Shown here piece after piece: positions 1 to 9,137 of a stretch of DNA of 42,444 nt. The DNA comes from a virus: the IMG/VR virus record IMGVR_UViG_3300028602_000031; one strand, given 5' to 3'. The notes under the pieces are model-generated. The model was not told the DNA's origin and made no database searches. It saw only the letters and a program-made list of their open reading frames with translations. How positions within the stretch are numbered: position 1 is the stretch's first letter; the number at the start of each line of letters is the position of its first letter. Both the position numbers and the translations under genes were made by a program.

Positions 1-1014
1 GTGGGAAATACATACACCACCAAATCGACTTCTTATACTGCCTCTGCTGCACCTATTCATGTTCTGCCCGCCCTCTCAGATGGAGCAATATACAGAATTG
101 AAGAAATCCATGCGAAATTAAGAAACGAGCACTCCGGCACGGTAACATATATGAAAGTTACTATGAAGACTGGAACCGGGGCTGAGGTTACCCTGGCAGA
201 GTGGACTACTTCTTCTAATTCCTTTGTTTCAAAATCGGCAGTAATCTCGAAGGAATCAGCTACAGGGCAGCCCCTAACGTTCAGGTATTATATGAGATCC
301 GGTTCAGCGAGCTATAAGGCAGTTGCTACTGAAATAGGATACAAGATAACGGAAATGACTGCGGGCGTGGTGACATCAAGCAATGTCTACATGTGGAACA
401 CGGCAGATACAACTCAGGTAATGGATTGCTGTGACACGCTTCTTCCAAAATACAGGATGGAGATAAACTCCGATGGAAGCGGTAGCCTTACCTATGCAGA
501 AGATTTCCTTGATTCAAATTATACAATTACGCTTGCTGCATCTTCAGGGGTTACATACAATTCCACAAACAAGTCTATTGTTATCGCTTCAGGCGGGTAT
601 ATAACATTCGCTATGCCATGTAAATATCCGGTAACAGGTGTTCCGTACCTGAAAGCCTACGTTTTTTCAGGTGCTCCCCAAATATCAATTGCTGAAACGC
701 TCAGTGGCACATATTACGCCATCGATGGTAATCAAACAGCAGAAACCACCGGAGCGGAAATAAACAGACTGCTGGAAAATGAAAATAGTTTGGAACTGGC
801 TAACAAAACTGCATTTTATGTGAAGATCGCTCCTGATACTGGAAATAGCTGTGAATTTGGGAAATTGAAACTTTCTGCTGCACTCTCAACGATTGACGCT
901 GAACGGTTTAAAATTTATGCTACGAAAAAGGCGAATACGATAGGAATTCAGGTTTCCGGAAAATCGTCATTGATTGCAACTTTAAGGTACAGAGATTTAG
1001 ACCCTGCGACGTGA
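1..1014 (+). CDS. Putative virion/tail structural protein (probably 5'-truncated by the window)
   Basis: 337 aa, Ser/Thr/Ala-rich and beta-strand-like; directly upstream of the baseplate hub-like gene. Confidence 0.4.
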   Translation: MGNTYTTKSTSYTASAAPIHVLPALSDGAIYRIEEIHAKLRNEHSGTVTYMKVTMKTGTGAEVTLAEWTTSSNSFVSKSAVISKESATGQPLTFRYYMRSGSASYKAVATEIGYKITEMTAGVVTSSNVYMWNTADTTQVMDCCDTLLPKYRMEINSDGSGSLTYAEDFLDSNYTITLAASSGVTYNSTNKSIVIASGGYITFAMPCKYPVTGVPYLKAYVFSGAPQISIAETLSGTYYAIDGNQTAETTGAEINRLLENENSLELANKTAFYVKIAPDTGNSCEFGKLKLSAALSTIDAERFKIYATKKANTIGIQVSGKSSLIATLRYRDLDPAT

Positions 1015-1018
1015 TAAC

Positions 1019-2191
1019 ATGATCCGAATAGTGAACATCCGGCTAGTGGTTGAAAAACCTTCTACCCATGCAAAATATTACCCACAGGTTATCTCTGCAT
1101 CTACTCAGCAGAGTTATCCGTTTTCGGTTTCCGGAGCAGAAATAAACGTAGTCTCGAATAATTCTCCTTCCAGTTCCGGATATGCTTCCCCAATAAATTT
1201 TGACGATATAATCAGGTTGCAAGTCTCCGTAAAAATGGATAAAAACGAAAAAACAGTATGGCAAGATCTGTTTCATGGGAGGATAGAAAACCTTTCATCT
1301 GAATTTGGAACAGGAAACCAGTTAAAAATTTATGCCGTTGGACACGAAGCAGAACTTAAAACTGATCTGATCTCAGAGGCAAAAGAATATACAACATCTA
1401 CAGACGCAAAAATTCTATTATCCTATTTCTCTAGATATTTCAATAGATTAACATATTTAGATTCGAGAGCTTCAACCGGAGTGAGTTTCCCGACTTATGA
1501 TTCAAATGCAGACCAGATGTACTTGTCGGACCTTATAGGCGACATGGAGACAAATAGCGGGGGAAAGTGGATTTTTGAGGTAATCCCTACTTATGATAGT
1601 AGTAAAAATCTGAGTACCAGATATGTTTCCTGGAGACAATTTGTTACAGCAGGATCTTTTACAGCTACTCCTGTAAAATCGTACAAGGTTATAGAAGGAA
1701 CTCGGAGGCTTATAGCTGCCGATTTTGATGTAGAAGGAGAAGGTGTATTTACTTTTCACAGAGTTTATGGAGCTACATCAGACGGAGGATTACAATATAA
1801 AGGATCTGCCGTAGATGCTGCACTATTGGCACTATACGGAAGGAGGAGCACTGTAGATACTTACCCCTGGATCAAATCGAATAGTTTATGTGATTCGGTA
1901 GCAACAGGGTTACTAAGCTCTGAAAAAGATCCAGAAACTTCGGGGCAGGTATTGTTAATAGGGACTCCCCAGGCGAAACTCGGAGATTATGTTTATGTAA
2001 AAATACCATCTGAAGAGATTAATGGTGCTTCTATCCTTGGATATTTTTATGTCAAGAGGGTTCAGCATATGATTGATAGAGGAAAATTTCATACAAGGCT
2101 GGACTTTGGAAAAGTAAAAAAAGAAGCAGAGGACTATATAGCGAAGGTATCTGCAACAACGAAATTATGCAAAAAAAGTTTAGTGAAGTGA
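1019..2191 (+). CDS. Putative tail/baseplate hub protein (gpD/gp27-like)
   Basis: 390 aa; LFHGRIENL...IYAVG and C-terminal GTPQAKLGDYVYVKIP...YFYVKRVQHMID patterns resemble phage late-control D/hub proteins. Confidence 0.5.
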   Translation: MIRIVNIRLVVEKPSTHAKYYPQVISASTQQSYPFSVSGAEINVVSNNSPSSSGYASPINFDDIIRLQVSVKMDKNEKTVWQDLFHGRIENLSSEFGTGNQLKIYAVGHEAELKTDLISEAKEYTTSTDAKILLSYFSRYFNRLTYLDSRASTGVSFPTYDSNADQMYLSDLIGDMETNSGGKWIFEVIPTYDSSKNLSTRYVSWRQFVTAGSFTATPVKSYKVIEGTRRLIAADFDVEGEGVFTFHRVYGATSDGGLQYKGSAVDAALLALYGRRSTVDTYPWIKSNSLCDSVATGLLSSEKDPETSGQVLLIGTPQAKLGDYVYVKIPSEEINGASILGYFYVKRVQHMIDRGKFHTRLDFGKVKKEAEDYIAKVSATTKLCKKSLVK

Positions 2192-2285
2192 ACTTGATTT
2201 CTTAATTCTGTGCGCTTGATGAGCTATTGGATACACACACTGAAACTCTGTGTCCGTTGTTAATAGTTCTTCTGGGAAGTCTTCT

Positions 2286-2735
2286 TCAATCCCAATAACC
2301 GTCATAATTTTCCCTCCGTATAACAGGTGTAAAAAAGAAGTCGTGTGCCTGTTTCAATTCATCCATTAATATCCTCTGCATTCTGTGATTATTATCTTTC
2401 CCTGCCCTTCTAACCTCAAGAACGAAATTGACAAGAATTTCATTTGTTTCAAGTTTGCGAAGTTCTTCTTCAGACATTCTTATGAACTTCGGGAAATCTC
2501 CCATCTGTTCTCTTGTAAGAGTGAGCAGTTTATTTTCTCTCACGTCTTCTTGTTTTACCCATTCGTCAACATAAAAAACGTAATCAGTGCAGCACGTAGC
2601 TTTATGCCATAACTCATTCTTTTTCTCGCGGATTTCGTATATTTTTTTATTCAATTTTGACAGTTCTTCGTTTAGTTCTGCTTCTTTAGAGTCAAGTTCT
2701 TTCCATTCTTTGTTTAACTCCTCAAGATCAATCAC
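2286..2735 (-). CDS. Hypothetical protein with N-terminal coiled coil
   Basis: 149 aa ORF; GTG start overlaps the upstream TGA; heptad-like E/K/L pattern. Confidence 0.6.
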   Translation of the reverse strand: MIDLEELNKEWKELDSKEAELNEELSKLNKKIYEIREKKNELWHKATCCTDYVFYVDEWVKQEDVRENKLLTLTREQMGDFPKFIRMSEEELRKLETNEILVNFVLEVRRAGKDNNHRMQRILMDELKQAHDFFFTPVIRRENYDGYWD

Positions 2736-3064
2736 CTTACCATCTCCATTATTTTCTTAGCTTCTTTGTATCTCCTTGCAAAAAGATCTCTGACCATCTC
2801 AAGAGCTTCCGGCTCGTCTTTTCCTGTGCCGTATAATTCAAATTCATCATTTGACAGGGCTACAAACTCTCCGTATTCTGATTTCGTTAGTTTGAGAGGG
2901 GCTTTTAACTTTATTGTTTCTCCTTGAAAATCGAAATCTTTTAGTTCAAATGTGCAGGCATTATTTGAGAGTTTTTGATATGCTTCACTCATGATACCAT
3001 CTACTGTTTTTTCGATTATTTGATACATATCAGATTTATTCATTTCTTTATCTCCTGAATTCAT
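2732..3064 (-). CDS. Hypothetical protein, possible HicB-like fold
   Basis: C-terminal FELYGTGKDEPEALEMVRDLF resembles the HicB G-x-T/D-x-x-EAL motif. Confidence 0.35.
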   Translation of the reverse strand: MNSGDKEMNKSDMYQIIEKTVDGIMSEAYQKLSNNACTFELKDFDFQGETIKLKAPLKLTKSEYGEFVALSNDEFELYGTGKDEPEALEMVRDLFARRYKEAKKIMEMVR

Positions 3065-3303
3065 GTTAATTTATATTTTGCATCTGATATTCTGTCCCAT
3101 GCTCTATCCAGCATGTCAAGTGTTTCAAGAGCAGCAATAGTTACATTGACATCATTGTTAGCGATTACAGAATTAGCAAGAACTATTTCCATTTCAGCAC
3201 GTCTTGATTTAATTGAGTTGATGGCTTTTGTATACAAATCTATTTTTTCCAAACGCTGTTCCGGAAATATATACGATTCCGGTATATTGAAAGATTTTTG
3301 CAT
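3061..3303 (-). CDS. Hypothetical protein
   Basis: 80 aa ORF, translationally coupled to its neighbour. Confidence 0.55.
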   Translation of the reverse strand: MQKSFNIPESYIFPEQRLEKIDLYTKAINSIKSRRAEMEIVLANSVIANNDVNVTIAALETLDMLDRAWDRISDAKYKLT

Positions 3304-3503
3304 GTTTCATTCCTCGTTATCTCTTATTTCTCTGAATTTGTCCCTCATATGGCATCTGGTACATTCATCATCTGCTATGTAAAATTGTGATACATAATGA
3401 AAACATCAAGAACGAATTTTGGCGCGTTAATCAGTTTCACCTCCGTATTAGAGGATGAACGAACTTGCTTAAAAACGTTACTTTACTTCAGGATACCTCT
3501 CCT

Positions 3504-3695
3504 TTAATGTCTTCCATCGTCCTCAATTAATTCCCAAACAATCTTAACCTTACTATCCTCATGTGTAACATTATCTACTTTTCCGCATACAGTACAAGTA
3601 ACCCTTAGACCTTCTGCACCATCTCCATACTCGTACTTTGCTAGCCTCCATGTGTTATAATGACACGCGGGGCAATCTATCGGAGTATCGTCCAT
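3504..3695 (-). CDS. Small zinc-ribbon protein
   Basis: CPAC...CTVCG motif pair. Confidence 0.6.
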   Translation of the reverse strand: MDDTPIDCPACHYNTWRLAKYEYGDGAEGLRVTCTVCGKVDNVTHEDSKVKIVWELIEDDGRH

Positions 3696-3699
3696 TGTT

Positions 3700-4101
3700 T
3701 TACCACCTTCCGAGATTATCTATCGAGTCGCCTATATACTTTCCTTCTCGATACATTGGATACATTGAACTTGTCAGGAAATGCCAGTATTGGAAGCTAG
3801 ATACCAACATACTGTCCCTTTTAGCTACCTTTCCAGTTTTTGAATGATACATCAATCCTGTGTCTCCATTCTGTTTATACTGTTTTATTGCAGTTTTCAC
3901 TAAGCGGTTCATGTTTCCTACAGATACATATTCTATTGGTATGTTGCCTTCTAAGAATTCCATAGTTTCATTCTCCTTTCTTTTCTCTAATTTGTCAATT
4001 TTATCGCTGTATCGCATCGTCTTGCAGAATTCAAGTTCTTCTTCTGGAAGTTCAGGCATTATTACTCGATTTTCCCCGTCATAACAAGCATTGCATACCA
4101 C
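3700..4101 (-). CDS. Hypothetical protein
   Basis: 133 aa ORF within a tightly packed leftward operon. Confidence 0.55.
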   Translation of the reverse strand: MVCNACYDGENRVIMPELPEEELEFCKTMRYSDKIDKLEKRKENETMEFLEGNIPIEYVSVGNMNRLVKTAIKQYKQNGDTGLMYHSKTGKVAKRDSMLVSSFQYWHFLTSSMYPMYREGKYIGDSIDNLGRW

Positions 4102-4295
4102 ATACTCGCCTCGGCGTAGATCCGTGTTCTTGTTTCTTTATTAATGGAGTCTTCAGTGAACATGCAGGCGTGTAATAATCTTACAAGCCTCGCTTCCTGT
4201 TCTTCCTGAGACATTGCAAGCAGTTTTTGTTTTGTTTGCAGTAGTTCTTTTTCAAGAGATGCATCTTCGGAGTCTGTTATTGTGGTCGGGTTCAT
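4062..4295 (-). CDS. Hypothetical protein
   Basis: Start re-called to ATG 4295 (MNPTT), which overlaps the upstream TGA and follows a GAGAGG SD. Confidence 0.55.
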   Translation of the reverse strand: MNPTTITDSEDASLEKELLQTKQKLLAMSQEEQEARLVRLLHACMFTEDSINKETRTRIYAEASMWYAMLVMTGKIE

Positions 4296-4537
4296 TTTAA
4301 TTCCTCTCTTTCTTCCATATACCTTATAATTCCTGTAAGCCCTACGTAGAAATCTACTCTCCCGCATTTTACACAATATGAAATTCCATTCCTGCTATTA
4401 CTCCATACATGGCAGGTTCTAAGTGGAATATGGCAGAGTAGAGGTTTCTTTTGAGATCTAAGTTTCAAAACTTCATCTTTATCTTCAGGATACATAAGGA
4501 AGTGTATTTTTTCAAGTGTTGGCTGTGGTGTTGGCAT
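4292..4537 (-). CDS. Hypothetical protein with CxxC/CHVW motif
   Basis: 81 aa ORF; GGAG SD followed by AACCACC-ATG. Confidence 0.55.
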   Translation of the reverse strand: MPTPQPTLEKIHFLMYPEDKDEVLKLRSQKKPLLCHIPLRTCHVWSNSRNGISYCVKCGRVDFYVGLTGIIRYMEEREELK

Positions 4538-4711
4538 GGTGGTTAACTCCGCTTTACATTCTCAAAGATTCGGACTCTTGAGCAGCTTATAATATTCACA
4601 TATTTCAGAATAAGACGCACGACGATAACAATTTCCAGTGTGACTGATATATAATATGCCATCTTCTTGGAGGTACTGCACTCCATTTATGGTATTAGTC
4701 ATCTCAATCAT

Positions 4712-5419
4712 TTATTTTTCCACCAACCTGAAACCCCATGATGTTAATTGTCTCTTAATGTCCCTTACTTCATCATCTGAGAAAGCCAATCCTTGATAGT
4801 GTTTCATCGAAGTAAGAGCATCATGCCCTTGTCGAATGCAACAGGTTGATTCTGTTATACCTCCTGCAATCATCCATGATTCAATAGTTTTCCTTGTGGT
4901 CTTTGCTGAGACTCCATAAGGACTTATACCTGCATCTACAGACCATCTCTGAAGATTCTTGTTCCATGTAGATTCTAACGGAGGTTTCTTATCCATCCAG
5001 AAGGCGTTTAAGACCTCTCCAAACATAGACGGTAGTGGATGTATAGTCCTTTCAACTTGTTTCCTCTTGTGCTTTCTCTGAGCTTCCTCTGGAAGGTGAA
5101 TTAAGTTCTTCTTCTCGTTGTACCATTCTTTGTTTTCGTAGAGTCGTAACATCTCAATATACCGCATTCCTGTTACAAGCAGTATGTCAAGGACTCTCTT
5201 GTGGCGTTTCATAGGGATAACGTCTTTGAATACTTCATATTCTTTTACAGTGAAGATTCGGATATCCTTCACATAGAGATGAAGGGAATCCATATCTTTT
5301 GTGAAAGAAGATTTTGGATATTTAGGAGTGTAAACTTTAGGTTGTGTTGCTCTTGCTTTCCGCTTTCGGAACCTTTCCAGGCATTTTTGTTCTTCTGTGG
5401 TTAAGTCTGGTTTTGTCAA
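4712..5419 (-). CDS. int: Tyrosine recombinase/integrase (short, essentially catalytic domain only; KxxR variant)
   Basis: Motifs in order: LVTGMRY (Arg I), SAKTTRK (KxxR in place of HxxR), RQGH, MKHY (catalytic Tyr). Confidence 0.8.
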   Translation of the reverse strand: MTKPDLTTEEQKCLERFRKRKARATQPKVYTPKYPKSSFTKDMDSLHLYVKDIRIFTVKEYEVFKDVIPMKRHKRVLDILLVTGMRYIEMLRLYENKEWYNEKKNLIHLPEEAQRKHKRKQVERTIHPLPSMFGEVLNAFWMDKKPPLESTWNKNLQRWSVDAGISPYGVSAKTTRKTIESWMIAGGITESTCCIRQGHDALTSMKHYQGLAFSDDEVRDIKRQLTSWGFRLVEK

Positions 5420-5426
5420 GTCTTAT

Positions 5427-5837
5427 TCACCATTTCCCTATATCTTGATACACCCAAGCAGGACTATACATATCAACCTCTTCATACGGTTCATCATTAA
5501 ATTCGGCATCTGCCTGTTCATAATCAAATCCACACTCAGAGATAACCTTGTTAAGATCTGCGTACCCATTCGGATCTTGGATATAAATATTGCATTTATG
5601 ACAATACCAATATCCTGAATTCTTTATTGTGTCCCCACAGTAATCCAGCTTCGTTTCACACTTTGGGCATTTGTCCTCAGTCTCATATGGATTGCCTTCA
5701 TGAAGTGGACACTGTTTTAGATAGCAAATCGCTTCATTATGTAAATGGCAATGATCTATGTATACATCAGAGCCGTGATCATCATCACAGAAATAATCAC
5801 ATTTTCCGTCTTTGAAATGTTCGCAAGGAGATTTCAC
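5427..5837 (-). CDS. Cys/His-rich zinc-binding hypothetical protein
   Basis: Several C/H clusters, including CPKC...CHKC. Confidence 0.55.
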   Translation of the reverse strand: MKSPCEHFKDGKCDYFCDDDHGSDVYIDHCHLHNEAICYLKQCPLHEGNPYETEDKCPKCETKLDYCGDTIKNSGYWYCHKCNIYIQDPNGYADLNKVISECGFDYEQADAEFNDEPYEEVDMYSPAWVYQDIGKW

Positions 5838-6358
5838 ATCCTCACCTTACCAGTTTTTGAACCGTAATCTTCGAGCAGTTCTTTTTTGTACTCCTCCCAG
5901 GTCGTATCCGTGTAACACATATACAATTTCCAGGGTTCTCCAAAAATCTTGTTAAAACTTGATTCTATTGCTTCTATTACTTCATAGACTGAATCAAACC
6001 TCCGCGTTCTTTCGCCTCTCTTAACTTCCGTTATTCTTTTCCCAAAGTTTTCACTGTAAATCGGCTTATCTGCCTGTTTAGTTATTTCAATTACATATGA
6101 ATCAGATTCATGTGGCTGTATATTGGTCCAAAACTTCTCTTTCCCATCGCTATCAATTACTACACATGACAACGAGGGAACTTCAAACGATGCATAAAAG
6201 TGAGATGCGTAACCCACTATTCCAGCGTATGTTGTAATTCTAACTCCTACATCCATCTCAGTTCGGTGTAGAGTTATACACTGTTTTCCGTTGTGTTCAA
6301 ATTCTATTCCTGCACCTTTATGTGGATCAATTTTTTCAGTGATTTCATAATCCTTCAT
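5834..6358 (-). CDS. Hypothetical protein
   Basis: 174 aa ORF with AGGAG SD and an upstream TTTAAATA TATA box (about 6425-6432, minus strand). Confidence 0.65.
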   Translation of the reverse strand: MKDYEITEKIDPHKGAGIEFEHNGKQCITLHRTEMDVGVRITTYAGIVGYASHFYASFEVPSLSCVVIDSDGKEKFWTNIQPHESDSYVIEITKQADKPIYSENFGKRITEVKRGERTRRFDSVYEVIEAIESSFNKIFGEPWKLYMCYTDTTWEEYKKELLEDYGSKTGKVRM

Positions 6359-6562
6359 ATTTATGTTCTCCTTTACTTAATCCCTCAATTCTAACTTCTT
6401 GCTATACTATACAATACACAGCAAATATTTAAACCTATTCATTTGATGAGCATAAGCTAAGATTTCACTCAAAATAGCGGTAAATGTACTTGATACACAC
6501 AGCTTTTATCGTAAAAACTATGCAATGACGTTCTGTTTTTATTTTAAAGATAATATCTTCAA

Positions 6563-6590
6563 TAAAGTACTTATGTGATTAAGTACTTTA
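6563..6590. promoter_or_regulatory. Palindromic operator candidate between divergent genes
   Basis: Perfect 11 bp inverted repeat TAAAGTACTTA-N6-TAAGTACTTTA. Confidence 0.55.
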
Positions 6591-6629
6591 ACAGTATAGC
6601 AATGAAACCATTAAGTGAGGTATCAGGTA

Positions 6630-6848
6630 ATGTATATTTCTCCAAAACAAAAGAAAGTTGTAGAACAGATTAAACAACTCATGGAATGGAAAGAGACTAA
6701 AGACCGAAATGTTGCATTTATTCAGGCAGAAATACCAAATTTAACTATGCACACGATAGATGCGCTCAAAGAGAAAGGATTCATTGACGAATCAGAGAAT
6801 CCTTTTGGAATCAAAGTTTATAAGTGGACAGGAAAGGAGATTGAGTAA
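6630..6848 (+). CDS. Small winged-helix-like protein
   Basis: SPKQKKVV...TIDALKEKGFID...WTGK; similar to ORFs 10768-10983 and 20785-21204; ATG 6630 follows GAGGT. Confidence 0.55.
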   Translation: MYISPKQKKVVEQIKQLMEWKETKDRNVAFIQAEIPNLTMHTIDALKEKGFIDESENPFGIKVYKWTGKEIE

Positions 6849-6849
6849 C

Positions 6850-7122
6850 ATGGAAAATAAAGTAGAAATTTCAGAAGAAGATTGTTGTGATCTTGCAGCA
6901 CACATCCTAAACATGAGCGATAACACGGATGATGAAATTATATGGTTAGAACTTGATCATGTGTATGGGATAGAGCCTCCTGAATTTATTGAACTGATAA
7001 GAAAACTTGTTCCTCTCGTTGATGTTGGTAAATCTATTTTAACGGGAGCAAATAGTAAGGGCTTTGCTGAAAGAATCCCAGGTACGGATATATTAGTATG
7101 GTTTGCGAGAATGGAAATTTAA
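6850..7122 (+). CDS. Hypothetical acidic protein
   Basis: ATG 6850 lies just after the upstream TAA; 90 aa. Confidence 0.6.
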   Translation: MENKVEISEEDCCDLAAHILNMSDNTDDEIIWLELDHVYGIEPPEFIELIRKLVPLVDVGKSILTGANSKGFAERIPGTDILVWFARMEI

Positions 7123-7159
7123 CGCATCAGCAGTTGTTTCAGATGCATTAGATGAAAAA

Positions 7160-7330
7160 CTGAAAGAGGAAGGATAGTGACTACTCCCATCACTGAAGTG
7201 ACGGGCATCTTCCGATTTTACGGTCAGATTGTAATCCCAATCTGAGAATATTAATTGAAGCATTAAGATCACGGTCAATAGACAGACCACAGAAAGGACA
7301 GTTATGAGTTCTTTCTGATAGGTCTTTTTC
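7160..7330 (-). ncRNA. Predicted TnpB omega/reRNA (scaffold overlapping the tnpB 3' end, plus flank-derived guide TATCCTTCCTCTTTCAG)
   Basis: Known architecture of IS200/IS605 right ends; 5' boundary is a guess. Confidence 0.55.
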
Positions 7331-8411
7331 TACCAACATCCCACAACTTGAACACATTTTTGAGGTATTCTTAGGATCAACAAGAACCACTTTTCTACCA
7401 GCATTTTCAGCTTTGTAGGAAGTATAAGTTACAAGTTTACTCCAAGCTGCATCAAGAATGTGCTTTGCAAGATTGTGATTTTTTGTCATGTTCTTAATGT
7501 TAAGATCTTCAAAACAGATTATACCGTAATTATTAATGAGTTCTTTACTGAATTTTTGAGTAAAATCTTCTCTCTTGTTAGCAATCCTTTCATAGGCTCT
7601 ACACAACGTTTTAAGGCATTTCTGTCTTTCAGGAGTACCTTTTTCGGCTTTAGAAAGTTTTCTGTTAGCTCTTGCAAGTGCCTTTTCTTCTTGAATATAG
7701 AATCTAGGATTGGGAACATAAGTTCCATTCGATAATGTAGCAAAGGAGAGGATTCCAACATCAATACCTACTGACTTATCAGAAGGTTGAAGTGGTTGAT
7801 AAGTTTCAGCATCAGTAAGTATTGAAACAAACCATTTACCAGTTGAAGTTTTCCTGATAGTTAAGCGTTTAATATTTCCTTCAAGTGGTCTATGCAATTT
7901 TATTTTTATATCTCCGATTTTGGAGAGAGTTAACATATTGCTATTTAAGGAAAAACCAGATTGCAAGTAGGTAATACTGTCATACCAACCTTTACCTTTA
8001 AAACGGGGGTATCCTGCTTTTTCTCCGGCTTTAACTCTACGGAAAAAAGCTTGAAAAGCAAGATCAACGCGCATAGTCACATCTTGAAGTGTATGAGAAT
8101 GAACGGTTTTCAATTCTGGTTTATCTTTCTTCCAGATAGGAATCATCTTTTTAGAATCATAATAACTGATTCTTTTCTGTTCAGATTCCCATGCATTCTT
8201 TCTTAGTGCTAGAGTTTCATTATAGACCCATCTACAGAGTTCCAAAGTAGAGTTAAGCTTTGTAACTTGTGATTTTGTTGGATAGATTCTATAACGATTC
8301 ACTTTAGGCATAATAAATAATATAGTCATTTTACCTAAATAAAGGTTACTATATTGAAGTTGACGGCTGTATCCCGCCATTAAAATGACGGGGATTAGCC
8401 TTAGACGCTAC
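7177..8411 (-). mobile_element. IS200/IS605-family non-autonomous element (tnpB only)
   Basis: Right end with hairpin CCCATCAC-TGAA-GTGACGGG (7186-7205), ending ...GTAGTCAC on the minus strand; imperfect left-end hairpin 8371-8395; no tnpA; left boundary approximate. Confidence 0.85.
7190..8311 (-). CDS. tnpB: RNA-guided endonuclease TnpB
   Basis: N-terminal YRIYPTKSQ HTH; RuvC I GIDVG, RuvC II FEDL, CSSC...CPFC zinc finger, RuvC III DRDLNA all intact; start re-called to ATG 8311. Confidence 0.95.
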   Translation of the reverse strand: MPKVNRYRIYPTKSQVTKLNSTLELCRWVYNETLALRKNAWESEQKRISYYDSKKMIPIWKKDKPELKTVHSHTLQDVTMRVDLAFQAFFRRVKAGEKAGYPRFKGKGWYDSITYLQSGFSLNSNMLTLSKIGDIKIKLHRPLEGNIKRLTIRKTSTGKWFVSILTDAETYQPLQPSDKSVGIDVGILSFATLSNGTYVPNPRFYIQEEKALARANRKLSKAEKGTPERQKCLKTLCRAYERIANKREDFTQKFSKELINNYGIICFEDLNIKNMTKNHNLAKHILDAAWSKLVTYTSYKAENAGRKVVLVDPKNTSKMCSSCGMLVEKDLSERTHNCPFCGLSIDRDLNASINILRLGLQSDRKIGRCPSLQ

Positions 8412-8415
8412 TAAA

Positions 8416-9135
8416 TTATTCCGAACTCTCTTTCTCGTTAATCCCTATCCACTTAACTAACTAACATTCATCATGCAATCCAAACCACTGTGGATAAACA
8501 GTATTCGCATCTTCAAGGTAATCGAGAACTTCTATCCCGTTAAAAAAATCATCACTTGCAGTACAACCACCGCTTCCTTCTCCAATATACAAGATCTTTC
8601 CTTCCGGATTCAATTCTGTGAAAAGTTCCGCAGCTTCCCTAGCCATCGGAGATTCGTACATTGCCCAACATGTAAGCAGAAAATCGGCTTTGTATTTACG
8701 AATAGCACCCCTGAAATCAAGGTTTTCAACTGGATAATATGATTTCCAATGAAAACTATCTTTTTTATGCCATGAATAATCATCCGTTGATATTATATTG
8801 ACTCCAGCTTCATGGAGGTACTTTGCTACAAGTCCTGTACCGGCTCCTACTTCAAGAACTGTTTTATCTCCGATGACTTGTTTCATTGCTCTAGCCCATT
8901 CTAAAGTAGGAGTCACAAAACCAATAACGGATCTTGCAACACTGAAATATGAGAAAGCGTCCCGACGCCTAAGTAATTTTGTATCCACACTCTCAACAAG
9001 CCTTTCATTAAGATGGAAATATAGGAATGATTTAATTTCGTTAGAATTTGCCTCGAATGAATTATATGTATGTGGATATGTATGTGAATATCCATCGAAC
9101 TGATCCCATGCTTTTTTAATTTCAGTAAAGGTCAT
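8416..9135 (-). CDS. Class I SAM-dependent methyltransferase with a probable in-frame amber (TAG 8461-8463) read-through
   Basis: VLEVGAGTG motif I, TDDYSW, YIGEGSGGCTA; past the TAG the frame continues LVKWIGINEKESSE to TAA 8416-8418. Confidence 0.7.
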
Positions 9136-9137
9136 CC

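Noticed and set aside
3300-3500. Possible selenocysteine read-through or ribozyme (minus strand: TGA before a CxxC-containing frame; GAAACTGATTA near a hairpin)
   Set aside because: A TAA lies a few codons upstream in the same frame, the hammerhead core CUGANGA is not matched, and a degraded gene is the simpler explanation
7098-7177. Short + frame LREWKFNASAVVSDALDEKLKEEG ending in TAG
   Set aside because: It overlaps a better gene, has no good start, and its TAG is created by the IS junction, so it is not evidence for or against recoding
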